Positions 1-7,995 of a DNA stretch of 35,440 nt are shown here, piece after piece. Source of the stretch: a virus (taxonomy: Duplodnaviria; Caudoviricetes); IMG/VR virus record IMGVR_UViG_3300037704_000270, positions 1 through 35,440 of that record, one strand, 5' to 3'. The position numbers and the translations under genes are program-made. The notes under the pieces were generated by a model. The model was given only the letters and a program-made list of their open reading frames with translations. It was not told the DNA's origin and made no database searches. The stretch's first letter is position 1. Every line of letters starts with the position of its first letter.

Positions 1-654
1 GAACGCCATACGGAGGGCCTGGTCGATGCTGGCGGGGCTGTTCATGAGGTGGGTGAGGCGCGCGGGGTTGTGCTTGATGCTTTGCAGCAGCATTTCGGCG
101 GCGGTGATGGCGATGGCGATGCGGTCGCTGTCTTCTATATAGGAGGGGAGCCAGTCGGCGCGGGTGGCGTCCATGGTGACGCGCATCATGAATTGGGATA
201 GATCAGGGAAGATGTGGTGTGCCTCGTCGAGCACCAGTAGACCGGGCGTGGAGTGGCGGCGGCGGTTGGTGAGCCCGGCCTCGGGTGGCGCCTGGGGTGC
301 GGCGGTGAAGCCGATCTTCGGGACTTGGGTGATGGGTGCCGCTGGGCCGGGCAGGCTGGAGCCGCGCACCTTGGGGCCGCGACCGGCGGCCAGCCACTCG
401 ATGCTGACGTTGGCGGCGTCGGCTATGGCTACAAGATGATCTATTCCTGGTTTATTGCCATTTTTTAAATAACCACGCAGAAGACTCTCGCTTGCACCGC
501 ATCGACGACTAAATGCCGCGACTGGTTCGCCTGCAATGGCTTCGCGCAGTCGGTCTTTGAAGTCCGTTTCTGTTTTTTGAATCGGACGTTTTGGCAACCC
601 GCTAAATTTAGCGTCCGTTTCTGAAATTAATACTTCTTTTGCCATGGAGATCAT
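1..654 (-). CDS. Phage repressor, XRE/Cro-C1 HTH (3' end runs off the window; start 654 or 645)
   Basis: Not in the ORF track. Hand translation is open to position 1: MISMAKEVLISETD...FKDRLREAIAGEPVAAFSRRCGASESLLRGYLKNGNKPGIDHLVAIADAANVSIEWLAAGRG, a typical HTH_3 pattern. Divergent from the ner-like gene. Confidence 0.88.
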   Translation of the reverse strand, partial: MISMAKEVLISETDAKFSGLPKRPIQKTETDFKDRLREAIAGEPVAAFSRRCGASESLLRGYLKNGNKPGIDHLVAIADAANVSIEWLAAGRGPKVRGSSLPGPAAPITQVPKIGFTAAPQAPPEAGLTNRRRHSTPGLLVLDEAHHIFPDLSQFMMRVTMDATRADWLPSYIEDSDRIAIAITAAEMLLQSIKHNPARLTHLMNSPASIDQALRMAF

Positions 655-702
655 CTTTTTCCGCCTTGATGCGTCCGTTTTCGAATCGGACAGGAATCGG
701 AC
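562..702. promoter_or_regulatory. Cluster of six GTCCGWTT half-sites, candidate operators or transposition enhancer
   Basis: GTCCGTTT at 562, 613, 673; AATCGGAC (reverse complement GTCCGATT) at 580, 684, 695; located in the repressor/ner divergent region. Confidence 0.65.
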
Positions 703-788
703 AAATAAATATCGCAATATTTCGTCTTAATCGCGATATATAGCGTTACACTTTACCCATCGCAGCAAATTAACACAAGAAGGCAATT

Positions 789-1055
789 ATGACCACTCAT
801 CCCGTCGCAAAGCGCGACCCCTTTGGCAATAGCCTGAAAGTTCGCTCCCAGCTTATGGCGCTGGGCTGGGCTAGTCTGGCGAAATGGGCCAAGGCTTATG
901 GCCACAAACCCGTGACTGCCGGGGTGGTAGTGCGCACCTGGTGGCACCGCACTGACCGCATTCCACACGGCGGCCTGAGCCGGCTGGTGATGGCCGATTT
1001 GCGCACCACGCTGGACAAGGGCATTCGCCCTTGTGACCTACAACAAGCGGCTTGA
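789..1055 (+). CDS. Ner/Cro-like DNA-binding protein
   Basis: 88 aa, basic, SLAKWAKAYG HTH-like segment; first early gene opposite the repressor; AAGG upstream. Confidence 0.7.
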   Translation: MTTHPVAKRDPFGNSLKVRSQLMALGWASLAKWAKAYGHKPVTAGVVVRTWWHRTDRIPHGGLSRLVMADLRTTLDKGIRPCDLQQAA

Positions 1056-1066
1056 AGGAGATCGAT

Positions 1067-1342
1067 ATGTGCCATCTTCGTGACGATGATTTTCAAGATA
1101 AAAAAGAGCCTGTAGCCCCCGTGGATATTGCGCAAGAAGCTATTGATAAAGTAGCGGGCGAGATCATGGCCATGGGTGAGTTGGCGCTGTTCAAGGGCTG
1201 GCTGAAGGTGCGCCAGGATATGGCGCGGCACTATATGAATGCGACCTCGGGCGAGGAGTTTTCCGGGCACTGCGCTGACTTCAGCCTATTCGCCGATGCG
1301 GCGCAAGTGGTGTTTATGTTCGAGCGTGAGGCGCGGGGCTGA
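1067..1342 (+). CDS. Hypothetical protein
   Basis: AAGGAG Shine-Dalgarno before ATG 1067; fills the gap between the ner-like gene and the transposase. Confidence 0.7.
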   Translation: MCHLRDDDFQDKKEPVAPVDIAQEAIDKVAGEIMAMGELALFKGWLKVRQDMARHYMNATSGEEFSGHCADFSLFADAAQVVFMFEREARG

Positions 1343-1344
1343 TC

Positions 1345-3831
1345 ATGGCGCTTAAAGAGTGGTTTACATCGCAAGAGCTGGCGGGGATGCCGGGTTTGCC
1401 TGGAACGGAGCGCCGTGTTCGCTCGTCGTTACAAAAAAATTTGGCTGTTACTCGCGATAAATTGCGAGGTAAGGGCCTTGAATACGCCCTTAAAAGCCTG
1501 CCAGCTGAAACCCAAAACCACATCCAGGCTCAAGTGGAGGCCGAGGTTCACCAGAAAATAGAAGCTGTTTTACAAAAGGAAGATCATGGACTTGCCACGG
1601 GAATACATCGGGGGGGTGGATTGCGGACTGGACTCGGACGCCATCGAGCACCTGCTGACGGTGCACGAGTTCCTGCACCTGCTGTACACAGCCAGCAAGC
1701 CCAATCAAACGTCGTACCAAAAGGTATCGCCGGGCCATCTGAACGGCCGGCGAAGCCTGCAAAGGCTGGTGGACTGGAAGTTACTGACGCTACAGCGCGC
1801 ACCCACGCCGGAAAATCCACGGCGCATCAGTCAGACGCTGACGCCGGACGGGGTGGGCCTGGCCGTCAGCTACGCGAGGGAGGTCAGTCGCCTGCTCAAG
1901 CTGGCCGCGCCCTCGTCACCCAGCCCGAACGCCGACTAGCCACCCCCGACGCCGTCGCCTTCGACGGCAGCACCGAGGCCGACCGCGCGCAGGCGCTGGC
2001 CATCTCGGTGGTGCTGCGCAAGGTCGCGGAGATAGAAGCCGCTGGCGCGCGCAGTGTCAAGGCAGCGTGCCACACGCTCATTCACAGTGCGCGTGCCGGT
2101 TTATTGCCCACCATGCTGGTGGACAACCTGCGCGCCGCCCGCGACAAACGCGGGCGCTCCAGCCCGGACGGCCTGCCCAGCACCCGCGCCCTTGAACTCT
2201 GGGTGCTGCGCGCCCAGCGCGGTGAGAGCCTGGTGCCCAAAAAGCCCCAGCCCGACATGGTACTCAAGCTTTGGCATGTGGCCGCGCTGGACCTCAAGCG
2301 CCGCCCGCAAAAGCCCACCAGCAAGATGGTGCATGAACAGTTGACGCAGTGCTGGGACATGGCTTGGGGTGCCGAGCCGCCCAGCTATGACCAGGTCATC
2401 TACTTCTTCAAGCACAAATTCAGCAACACCGATCTGATGATCGGCCAGCACATGGGCAGCGCCTTGTCGGCCAAAAAGGCTTACCAAAAGCGCAGCCCGG
2501 CCGGGGTTCCCCCGTTCGTGGAGGTGCATGCCGACGGCTGGAACACCCATTTCCGCGCCCCGCACCCGGTGACGGGCGAATTTGTGACGCTGGAGGTGTG
2601 GCACTTCCATGAACTGGTGACGGGCTATGTGACCAGGCCCAGCATTGGTTTGAGCGAGTCCACGGCAGTCATTCTGTGCGGGCTGGAAAACTACATCCGC
2701 GAGATGGGTATCCCCGCCGTGTGGCAAACCGACTCGACCGGCTCGGTGAAGAACAAGACGGTGGAGAAAGACCCCCTGGTCAGTCTGGCGGCGCGCGCTG
2801 GCATCAGCATCGTGCACCCGGTCAGGGTCGGCAACAGCCAGGCCAATGGCATTGCCGAAAACTGGAATACCTGGATTGACCGCGAAGCCCGCGAGTTGGC
2901 CACCTACCAGCACCCCCGCATGGACCCGTTGGCTTTCAAACAGGTGCGCAAGTTCACCGACAAGATGGTCAAGGCGGACAGAGCGGGCGACCTGCAGGGG
3001 CGCGACAAGAATAAGAAGGCGGCTCAACACGCCGGCAAAGGGCTGGTGTTTGACAGCTTTGCGCAGGCAACGGACTGGATCAATTCCAAGGTGCTCAAGT
3101 TCAACAACAGCCCGCACAGCAAATTGCCGCGCGTGACCGATCCGGTCACCGGCAAACGGCGCCACCAGACCCCGGCCGAGGCCGTGGCTGAGGCCAAAGA
3201 CGCCGGGTTTGCGCCGGCCCGCATGGCCGAGATCGATCTGATTGACCTGTTCCGCCTGCACTTCAAGCGCCGGGTGCAGCGCACCGTCGTCAAAGCCTAC
3301 ATGAGCCAGGAATACCGCCACAGCGATCTGGAAGCGGTGAATGGCGAAGACGTGATGGTGGCGGTGGACATCATGGATGGCAGCCGCGTGTGGGTCAAAG
3401 ACCTGACCGGGCGCCTGATCTGCGAGGCCGAACTGGTGCAAGTCACCGGCTACCGCGCCATGAGCTTTTATGAGTACTCGCTGGAGAAGCGTGCTAGCGC
3501 CCAGCTCAAGCTGCTGGATCAAAAGGCGGAGCAAGTGGCCCAACGCATGCAAATGCCAGCACTGGACATGGCCACGCCCGACGCACACATCGTCTATCAG
3601 CAGGCGTTAACCAACATCGCCCAAACCCGCCAGGAAGAAGCCGAATTAACGCAACAGGCGGCTGAAGAGGTGGTGGATTTCGAGCAGAAATATTTCGGCG
3701 CAGCCGCTGAAGCCGCCAACAAGGCCCGCGAAGAGGGCGGCGAGCAGGACGAAGACCGTGATTTGTTCGCCGAGATGCTGATGCAGCAGCAGGCGAAGGA
3801 AGAAGAAGAGAAGCGCCGCGAGGCGATGTGA
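1345..3831 (+). CDS. muA: Mu-type DDE transposase (MuA-like)
   Basis: N-terminal Mu HTH (EWFTSQELAGMPGLP...GLEYALKSLP); catalytic region HADG...QTDS...SQANGIAE; C-terminal Mu-transposase beta domain. Confidence 0.93.
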   Translation: MALKEWFTSQELAGMPGLPGTERRVRSSLQKNLAVTRDKLRGKGLEYALKSLPAETQNHIQAQVEAEVHQKIEAVLQKEDHGLATGIHRGGGLRTGLGRHRAPADGARVPAPAVHSQQAQSNVVPKGIAGPSERPAKPAKAGGLEVTDATARTHAGKSTAHQSDADAGRGGPGRQLREGGQSPAQAGRALVTQPERRLATPDAVAFDGSTEADRAQALAISVVLRKVAEIEAAGARSVKAACHTLIHSARAGLLPTMLVDNLRAARDKRGRSSPDGLPSTRALELWVLRAQRGESLVPKKPQPDMVLKLWHVAALDLKRRPQKPTSKMVHEQLTQCWDMAWGAEPPSYDQVIYFFKHKFSNTDLMIGQHMGSALSAKKAYQKRSPAGVPPFVEVHADGWNTHFRAPHPVTGEFVTLEVWHFHELVTGYVTRPSIGLSESTAVILCGLENYIREMGIPAVWQTDSTGSVKNKTVEKDPLVSLAARAGISIVHPVRVGNSQANGIAENWNTWIDREARELATYQHPRMDPLAFKQVRKFTDKMVKADRAGDLQGRDKNKKAAQHAGKGLVFDSFAQATDWINSKVLKFNNSPHSKLPRVTDPVTGKRRHQTPAEAVAEAKDAGFAPARMAEIDLIDLFRLHFKRRVQRTVVKAYMSQEYRHSDLEAVNGEDVMVAVDIMDGSRVWVKDLTGRLICEAELVQVTGYRAMSFYEYSLEKRASAQLKLLDQKAEQVAQRMQMPALDMATPDAHIVYQQALTNIAQTRQEEAELTQQAAEEVVDFEQKYFGAAAEAANKAREEGGEQDEDRDLFAEMLMQQQAKEEEEKRREAM
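1586..1939 (+). CDS. MarR-like winged-helix protein nested in the +1 frame of the transposase
   Basis: AAGGA SD 5 nt before ATG; SLQRLVDWKLLTLQRAPTPENPRRISQTLTPDG fits the MarR helix-wing pattern; GC-ending codons in this frame. Confidence 0.65.
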   Translation: MDLPREYIGGVDCGLDSDAIEHLLTVHEFLHLLYTASKPNQTSYQKVSPGHLNGRRSLQRLVDWKLLTLQRAPTPENPRRISQTLTPDGVGLAVSYAREVSRLLKLAAPSSPSPNAD

Positions 3832-3867
3832 AGAGTGTTTTTTAACTTAACCAAGAAGGTGAATTGC

Positions 3868-4755
3868 ATGAAGAGTGAATCGAGACCCCTGAATTACTGC
3901 CGGCAGATGGTCGAAAAGTCCCGCCCCTTGCTGGCGATACCGGGCATCCCCGGGCGCATGCGCGAACTCATAAAGGTCGCCATCGGCGCAGCAGAAAACA
4001 CAACAAAATTTCTGCTGCCTGACCACGGCATGCTGCTGGAAGACAACGCGCTCAAGGCGCTGAGCGATGACGAACTGCACTTGCCCTACGAATCCATTGC
4101 GCTGGAATACGCCTATCCAGATGACCCTGAATGGGTGCAGAGAGACGATGCAGAACAATGCTCCAAACGCATTTTGTTTGCCACTGAATTTGATGACTCC
4201 ATCCAGATTGTGCGATCACAGTTTGCTGATCGACTGGGCGTTTGGGTTACAGCCGGACCGGTGCTGTTGCCGAAGTCAAACTGGGCCAATCGCTCAATGC
4301 TTAGCAGCGATGGGCGATTTGCTCTGAGCCTGGCTGATGTAAGCGGTCAAACCGACTTTGACCCGCAAACATGGCGAGATAGCTTCGCGGATGACGCCTG
4401 GGTACTCGTGTCATTTCTGAATGCGTTGGCTTGCTCCAATGTGACTGCACAGCCCTTGCAACAGCCCGCACCGATACCCGGCAGACAGCAAAAGAAGCCC
4501 TCCAAAACACAAGACGTTTACCACGTGTTGGGGCTGACCTACGGCGCAGACCAGTCAGACGCAGCGCATGGCGCCAGCGGGTCCGGCGGCACCAAACGAG
4601 AGCACATGCGGCGCGGCCATATACGTCGCCTCGCAGATGGCCGAAAGCTCTGGATCAATGCAGTGGCGGTCAATGCCGGGCGCAACTTTGGTCGGGTGAC
4701 CAAGAGCTACCAGCTTAAAGCCCAAAAACAAACCCCAACCCAAGAGGGAAATTGA
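3868..4755 (+). CDS. Hypothetical phage protein with C-terminal HxRRGHxR motif
   Basis: Long ORF, AAGGTG before ATG 3868, motif REHMRRGHIRRLADGRKLWIN. Confidence 0.8.
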   Translation: MKSESRPLNYCRQMVEKSRPLLAIPGIPGRMRELIKVAIGAAENTTKFLLPDHGMLLEDNALKALSDDELHLPYESIALEYAYPDDPEWVQRDDAEQCSKRILFATEFDDSIQIVRSQFADRLGVWVTAGPVLLPKSNWANRSMLSSDGRFALSLADVSGQTDFDPQTWRDSFADDAWVLVSFLNALACSNVTAQPLQQPAPIPGRQQKKPSKTQDVYHVLGLTYGADQSDAAHGASGSGGTKREHMRRGHIRRLADGRKLWINAVAVNAGRNFGRVTKSYQLKAQKQTPTQEGN

Positions 4756-4756
4756 G

Positions 4757-5014
4757 ATGAATTCATCTTCAAACAGGACGCCACCCGAAAAAACGCCGCT
4801 CAACGCCTGCCTGGATGACGCCCAGGGCGCGCTGGCGTACAGCTACAGGGCAGAGATGCAGTGCGTCACGCAGGGGTTGCTGGCGACGAGCACCCAAGAA
4901 GGCTATCTCGAATGGCTAGAAGCGGCGGCACAACGAGTTGAGCGGTTTGTTGAGGTGTCCGATTGGATAGAGCGTCAAAGGACAACTGCTTCGCCTCAAT
5001 CAGCGCAATCGTGA
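4757..5014 (+). CDS. Hypothetical protein
   Basis: Starts directly after the upstream stop, GAGGG upstream; overlaps an antisense ORF. Confidence 0.45.
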   Translation: MNSSSNRTPPEKTPLNACLDDAQGALAYSYRAEMQCVTQGLLATSTQEGYLEWLEAAAQRVERFVEVSDWIERQRTTASPQSAQS

Positions 5015-5051
5015 GCCGGGTTGCCAATTCGGTGGCCTGTTCTTCTGTCAT
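4866..5051 (-). CDS. Small antisense hypothetical protein (61 aa)
   Basis: MTEEQATELATRLTIALIEAKQLSFDALSNRTPQQTAQLVVPPLLAIRDSLL..., amphipathic helices, AAGGGA upstream on the minus strand. Confidence 0.45.
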   Translation of the reverse strand: MTEEQATELATRLTIALIEAKQLSFDALSNRTPQQTAQLVVPPLLAIRDSLLGCSSPATPA

Positions 5052-5074
5052 GGGTATCCCTTGATTGATTTTTG

Positions 5075-5118
5075 AAAAAAAGGTGGCTGTCAGAGTGGTT
5101 CCACCCACCCCGACAGCC
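5075..5118 (-). terminator. Hairpin with A7 run, possible minus-strand intrinsic terminator
   Basis: GGCTGTC (5085-5091) pairs with GACAGCC (5112-5118), inner GTGG/CCAC; T-run follows on the minus strand. Confidence 0.45.
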
Positions 5119-5180
5119 GTGTTCCGAAACCCCAGGGCCAAAACGAAAAAAAGTCCTGAGCAACAAAACGAGGTAAGTAT

Positions 5181-5921
5181 ATGAATCGTGCATTTGTAAA
5201 AACCAAGAACGCCAAGCTGTTCGACAGCAAGGTCGCCAGCGCCCAGCAGCGCGGGGCGCGCGAGGGCGGGCTGGTGGTGGTCACCGGCCGCCCCGGCGAC
5301 GGCAAAACCCGCACCATGGAAACCTGGACCAGCATCGTGGGCGGCATCATGCTCACCGCACAGGTGGACTGGACGCCCCGGCGCATGATGGTCGAGATGG
5401 CGGAGAAGCTCGGCATTGACACCAAGGCCGGCTTTGAGGGCCGCATGCAATCGATGATCGTCAAGGGCAACATCAGCATCGTCGTGGACGAAGCCGGGTT
5501 TTGCCTGGACAACAAGGCCGCCTGCCTGGAGAAGCTGCGCGGCATCACCGACAAGACCACCACCCTGCTGATCCTGGTCTTCATGGCGCGTGACGTGCAC
5601 CGCCTGACCCAGTCCAACGTCGAGCAGCTCGGTAGCCGCGTCAATGCGCGCTGCGACTTTGCCAAAAACAGCGCCGAGGACATCGCGGGCGCCTGCCTGC
5701 AGCTCAGCGAAGTGCCCATTTCCGCCGAACTGGCCGAACACATTCACCAAAAGACCGACGGCAGCATGCGCCTGGCCGTCAACGCCATCGCCCGCATTGA
5801 AGCCGTGGCCAGGATGCGCCCGACCGAGCAGCACAGCACGCCCATGAAGGTCGCCGACATCAAGGGCCTGGAGCTGTTCCATGTACTGGGCCATGCCCCT
5901 CGCAAAGGAACCGCCACGTGA
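5181..5921 (+). CDS. muB: Transposition AAA+ ATPase (MuB-like)
   Basis: Walker A GRPGDGKT, Walker B IVVDEA, GAGGT SD, downstream of the transposase. Confidence 0.9.
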   Translation: MNRAFVKTKNAKLFDSKVASAQQRGAREGGLVVVTGRPGDGKTRTMETWTSIVGGIMLTAQVDWTPRRMMVEMAEKLGIDTKAGFEGRMQSMIVKGNISIVVDEAGFCLDNKAACLEKLRGITDKTTTLLILVFMARDVHRLTQSNVEQLGSRVNARCDFAKNSAEDIAGACLQLSEVPISAELAEHIHQKTDGSMRLAVNAIARIEAVARMRPTEQHSTPMKVADIKGLELFHVLGHAPRKGTAT

Positions 5922-6391
5922 CTTCCGTGAAAAGATCAGCCGCCGCCATGACGGTGACGGCATTGCCAAAGGTGCGCCCGCTGGGCGACGCCAGCCAGTT
6001 CATCCGCGTGCGGGCCTGGCGCCAGATTCGCCACCTGCACTCGGCGGGCGCCTCCTTCACCCTGGGCCAGCTGCTGGACGTGGTCGCCACCGGCGCCAAG
6101 CCAAGCGAACCCAACTACCTCTTCAAATACCTGATCGTGCTGGAGCGCCATGGCGTGCTGGTGCGCCTGCCCCGGCGCGACAAAAGCGCCAGCAAGCTGG
6201 GGCCGGGCAGCGTCATCTGGCAGCTTGACATCGATCTGGGCTGGCATGCGCCGGTCTGGCGCCCGCACAAGCGCGTGTTGTGGAACCCCAACGCCAGCGC
6301 CGTGGTGGCGCTGCCGGTGCCCGCCCCGCTCATGTCCCCCCTGGAAGATGACCATGTGTTCATCGTGACCGGGCAGGGGGTGTGCGCATGA
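5918..6391 (+). CDS. Winged-helix-like phage protein
   Basis: FTLGQLL...YLIVLERHGVL...WQL pattern; GTGA overlap with the ATPase stop. Confidence 0.7.
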   Translation: MTSVKRSAAAMTVTALPKVRPLGDASQFIRVRAWRQIRHLHSAGASFTLGQLLDVVATGAKPSEPNYLFKYLIVLERHGVLVRLPRRDKSASKLGPGSVIWQLDIDLGWHAPVWRPHKRVLWNPNASAVVALPVPAPLMSPLEDDHVFIVTGQGVCA

Positions 6392-6831
6392 TTGACCCAA
6401 CCGACACGGTGACCCTGCCGCTGACGGGCATTGAGCCGCGCTGGCTGGACCTGCTGCGCAAGGCGGTGCAGGCCGAGGGCCGGGGCGGCGTCACCAAGGT
6501 GGCGGCACGGCTGCTCAAACCGAGCAGCTCGCCCTCCAGCGTGGGCAAGACCTATGTGCGCTCTTACGTGAGCCAGGTTTTGCACGGCCTGTTGCCCCTG
6601 GACAAGATCAGCCCGCATTTTCAGGCGAGCGTGATCGCCGCCTTTGGCCAGGGCCGCATCGAATGCCCGCACCTCAAGACCGACATTGCGTTGGGCGAGT
6701 GCCAGACCTATGCCGCCGTTACCTGGGGCCAGGTGGCCAACACCGGCTATGAGCGGCTGGACCACTGGAAGGCCTGCGACAAGTGTTTGCAAAACCCCGT
6801 TAACCAATCCACACCCAAGGCGTCCACATGA
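6388..6831 (+). CDS. Phage protein with HTH-like N-terminus and Cys cluster
   Basis: GVTKVAARL...SYVSQVLHG, then ECPH...C...CDKC; overlaps upstream stop. Confidence 0.7.
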   Translation: MIDPTDTVTLPLTGIEPRWLDLLRKAVQAEGRGGVTKVAARLLKPSSSPSSVGKTYVRSYVSQVLHGLLPLDKISPHFQASVIAAFGQGRIECPHLKTDIALGECQTYAAVTWGQVANTGYERLDHWKACDKCLQNPVNQSTPKAST

Positions 6832-6995
6832 ACACCCTTGCATTCCTTCAAAAAGTCCGCTGGATTCGTCGCCGCGCCCGGCGCATCAAGAACTTCTACG
6901 GCGTCAGCCGCCCCCTGGCCGTCTTTGACGCCAACCTTGACTGGATCAGTCTCAACCTGCCCGCCTCTGGAGTTCGTCGCAATGACCACCGTTAA
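6828..6995 (+). CDS. Small basic hypothetical protein (55 aa)
   Basis: Not in the track. ATGA overlap with upstream stop; MNTLAFLQKVRWIRRRARRIKNFYGVSRPLAVFDANLDWISLNLPASGVRRNDHR. Confidence 0.6.
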   Translation: MNTLAFLQKVRWIRRRARRIKNFYGVSRPLAVFDANLDWISLNLPASGVRRNDHR

Positions 6996-7269
6996 CCCCA
7001 CCCAACCCATGCAAGCCCTGCGCAACGACCAACCCAAGCGCACCTGTCACGAGCTCGGCGTGTGCCTGCACCCTGAGCGCGCCTGCCAAGGCGTGTGCAT
7101 CCAGGCCGCCGCCCTGCAGCGCCTGGCACCCGGCGTGGTGGACGGCCCGTACACCAGTCGCCCGTCACGCCGTAAGCGCCGTGAGCGCCTGGAGCGTGCT
7201 TTGATGCTGGGTGTCTGCCTCCTGGCCGTCGTGGTGGTGCTGGTTGAGATAGCGCGGGTGCTGCCATGA
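6982..7269 (+). CDS. Hypothetical protein with Cys motif and C-terminal transmembrane helix
   Basis: GGAG before ATG 6982; RTCHELGVC...C...C; hydrophobic C-terminus. Confidence 0.6.
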   Translation: MTTVNPTQPMQALRNDQPKRTCHELGVCLHPERACQGVCIQAAALQRLAPGVVDGPYTSRPSRRKRRERLERALMLGVCLLAVVVVLVEIARVLP

Positions 7270-7538
7270 ACGTCGTCTGCCCCCACTGTGGCGCGCAAAG
7301 CGAGCACCCCGACGGCCCGGCGAACGCCAGCGCGCGCGGCGTGGATCTGCCCATGGGCGCGGCCCTGCAAGCCATCTATGCCGGCGTGGATCCGGAGCTA
7401 GCCAAGATCGACCGCGAATCCCGCCATGCCACGCGCCAACCCGAAGCCGCCCGCCAGGCGCTGGCCGCCCTGCGCGCCAAAGTGCTGGCGCAGGGCATTG
7501 CCAAAACCCCTGTTTCAGAGGAGAAGAACCATGGTTGA
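7266..7538 (+). CDS. Hypothetical protein with N-terminal CPHC
   Basis: ATGA coupling upstream, overlaps the next start; phage-like codon usage. Confidence 0.6.
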   Translation: MNVVCPHCGAQSEHPDGPANASARGVDLPMGAALQAIYAGVDPELAKIDRESRHATRQPEAARQALAALRAKVLAQGIAKTPVSEEKNHG

Positions 7539-7986
7539 TCTGCGCAAAAAGTTCATCAAGGCGATCAAGACCAAGCAACGCCAGCTCGGCATGGATCAAG
7601 AAACCTACAAAGCCATGCTGCTAGCCCGCACCGGACAGACCAGCTGCACGGACTGCAATCTGCTCCAGCTCGGCATGGTCAGCGAATACCTGACCGGGCA
7701 GGGCGCCGTTAACCCCCGGGTCGCGATCCGTCCAGCCAGGCGCACCAACCTTGCCGCCGACCGGCAGCTGCTGCGCCAGCGGGTGGACCTTTTGGCCGCT
7801 GAGCTGGTGCGGGTGGCCGGCGTGACGGATGCGGTGAAGTACGTCAACGCCATTTGCGTGCGCAACGGCTGGTGCACCACGGTGGACTTTGCCGATGCCC
7901 ACATCCTGCACAAGCTGGTGGGCGCCCTGGAGACCACCCTCAAGGCCAAGACCCGCGCCGCCAATGTGGCCGCCAGCCGCGCGTGA
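7531..7986 (+). CDS. gemA: GemA / Mu gp16-like (DUF1018) protein
   Basis: IKTKQRQLGMDQETYKAMLLARTGQTSC motif; GAGGAG SD. Confidence 0.85.
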   Translation: MVDLRKKFIKAIKTKQRQLGMDQETYKAMLLARTGQTSCTDCNLLQLGMVSEYLTGQGAVNPRVAIRPARRTNLAADRQLLRQRVDLLAAELVRVAGVTDAVKYVNAICVRNGWCTTVDFADAHILHKLVGALETTLKAKTRAANVAASRA

Positions 7987-7995
7987 GTCACCCTC

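Noticed and set aside
164-468. Plus-strand ORFs 164..439 and 253..468
   Set aside because: They lie opposite the repressor frame, which has a clear HTH.
2101-3588. 495-aa minus-strand ORF
   Set aside because: Antisense shadow of the GC-rich transposase; no motifs or SD.
4866-5969. 367-aa minus-strand ORF
   Set aside because: Mostly antisense to muB; only the last 61 codons from ATG 5051 look like a real gene.
6838-6981. TTG-started N-terminal extension of ORF 6838..7269
   Set aside because: Better explained by the 55-aa ORF at 6828 plus an SD-supported ATG at 6982.
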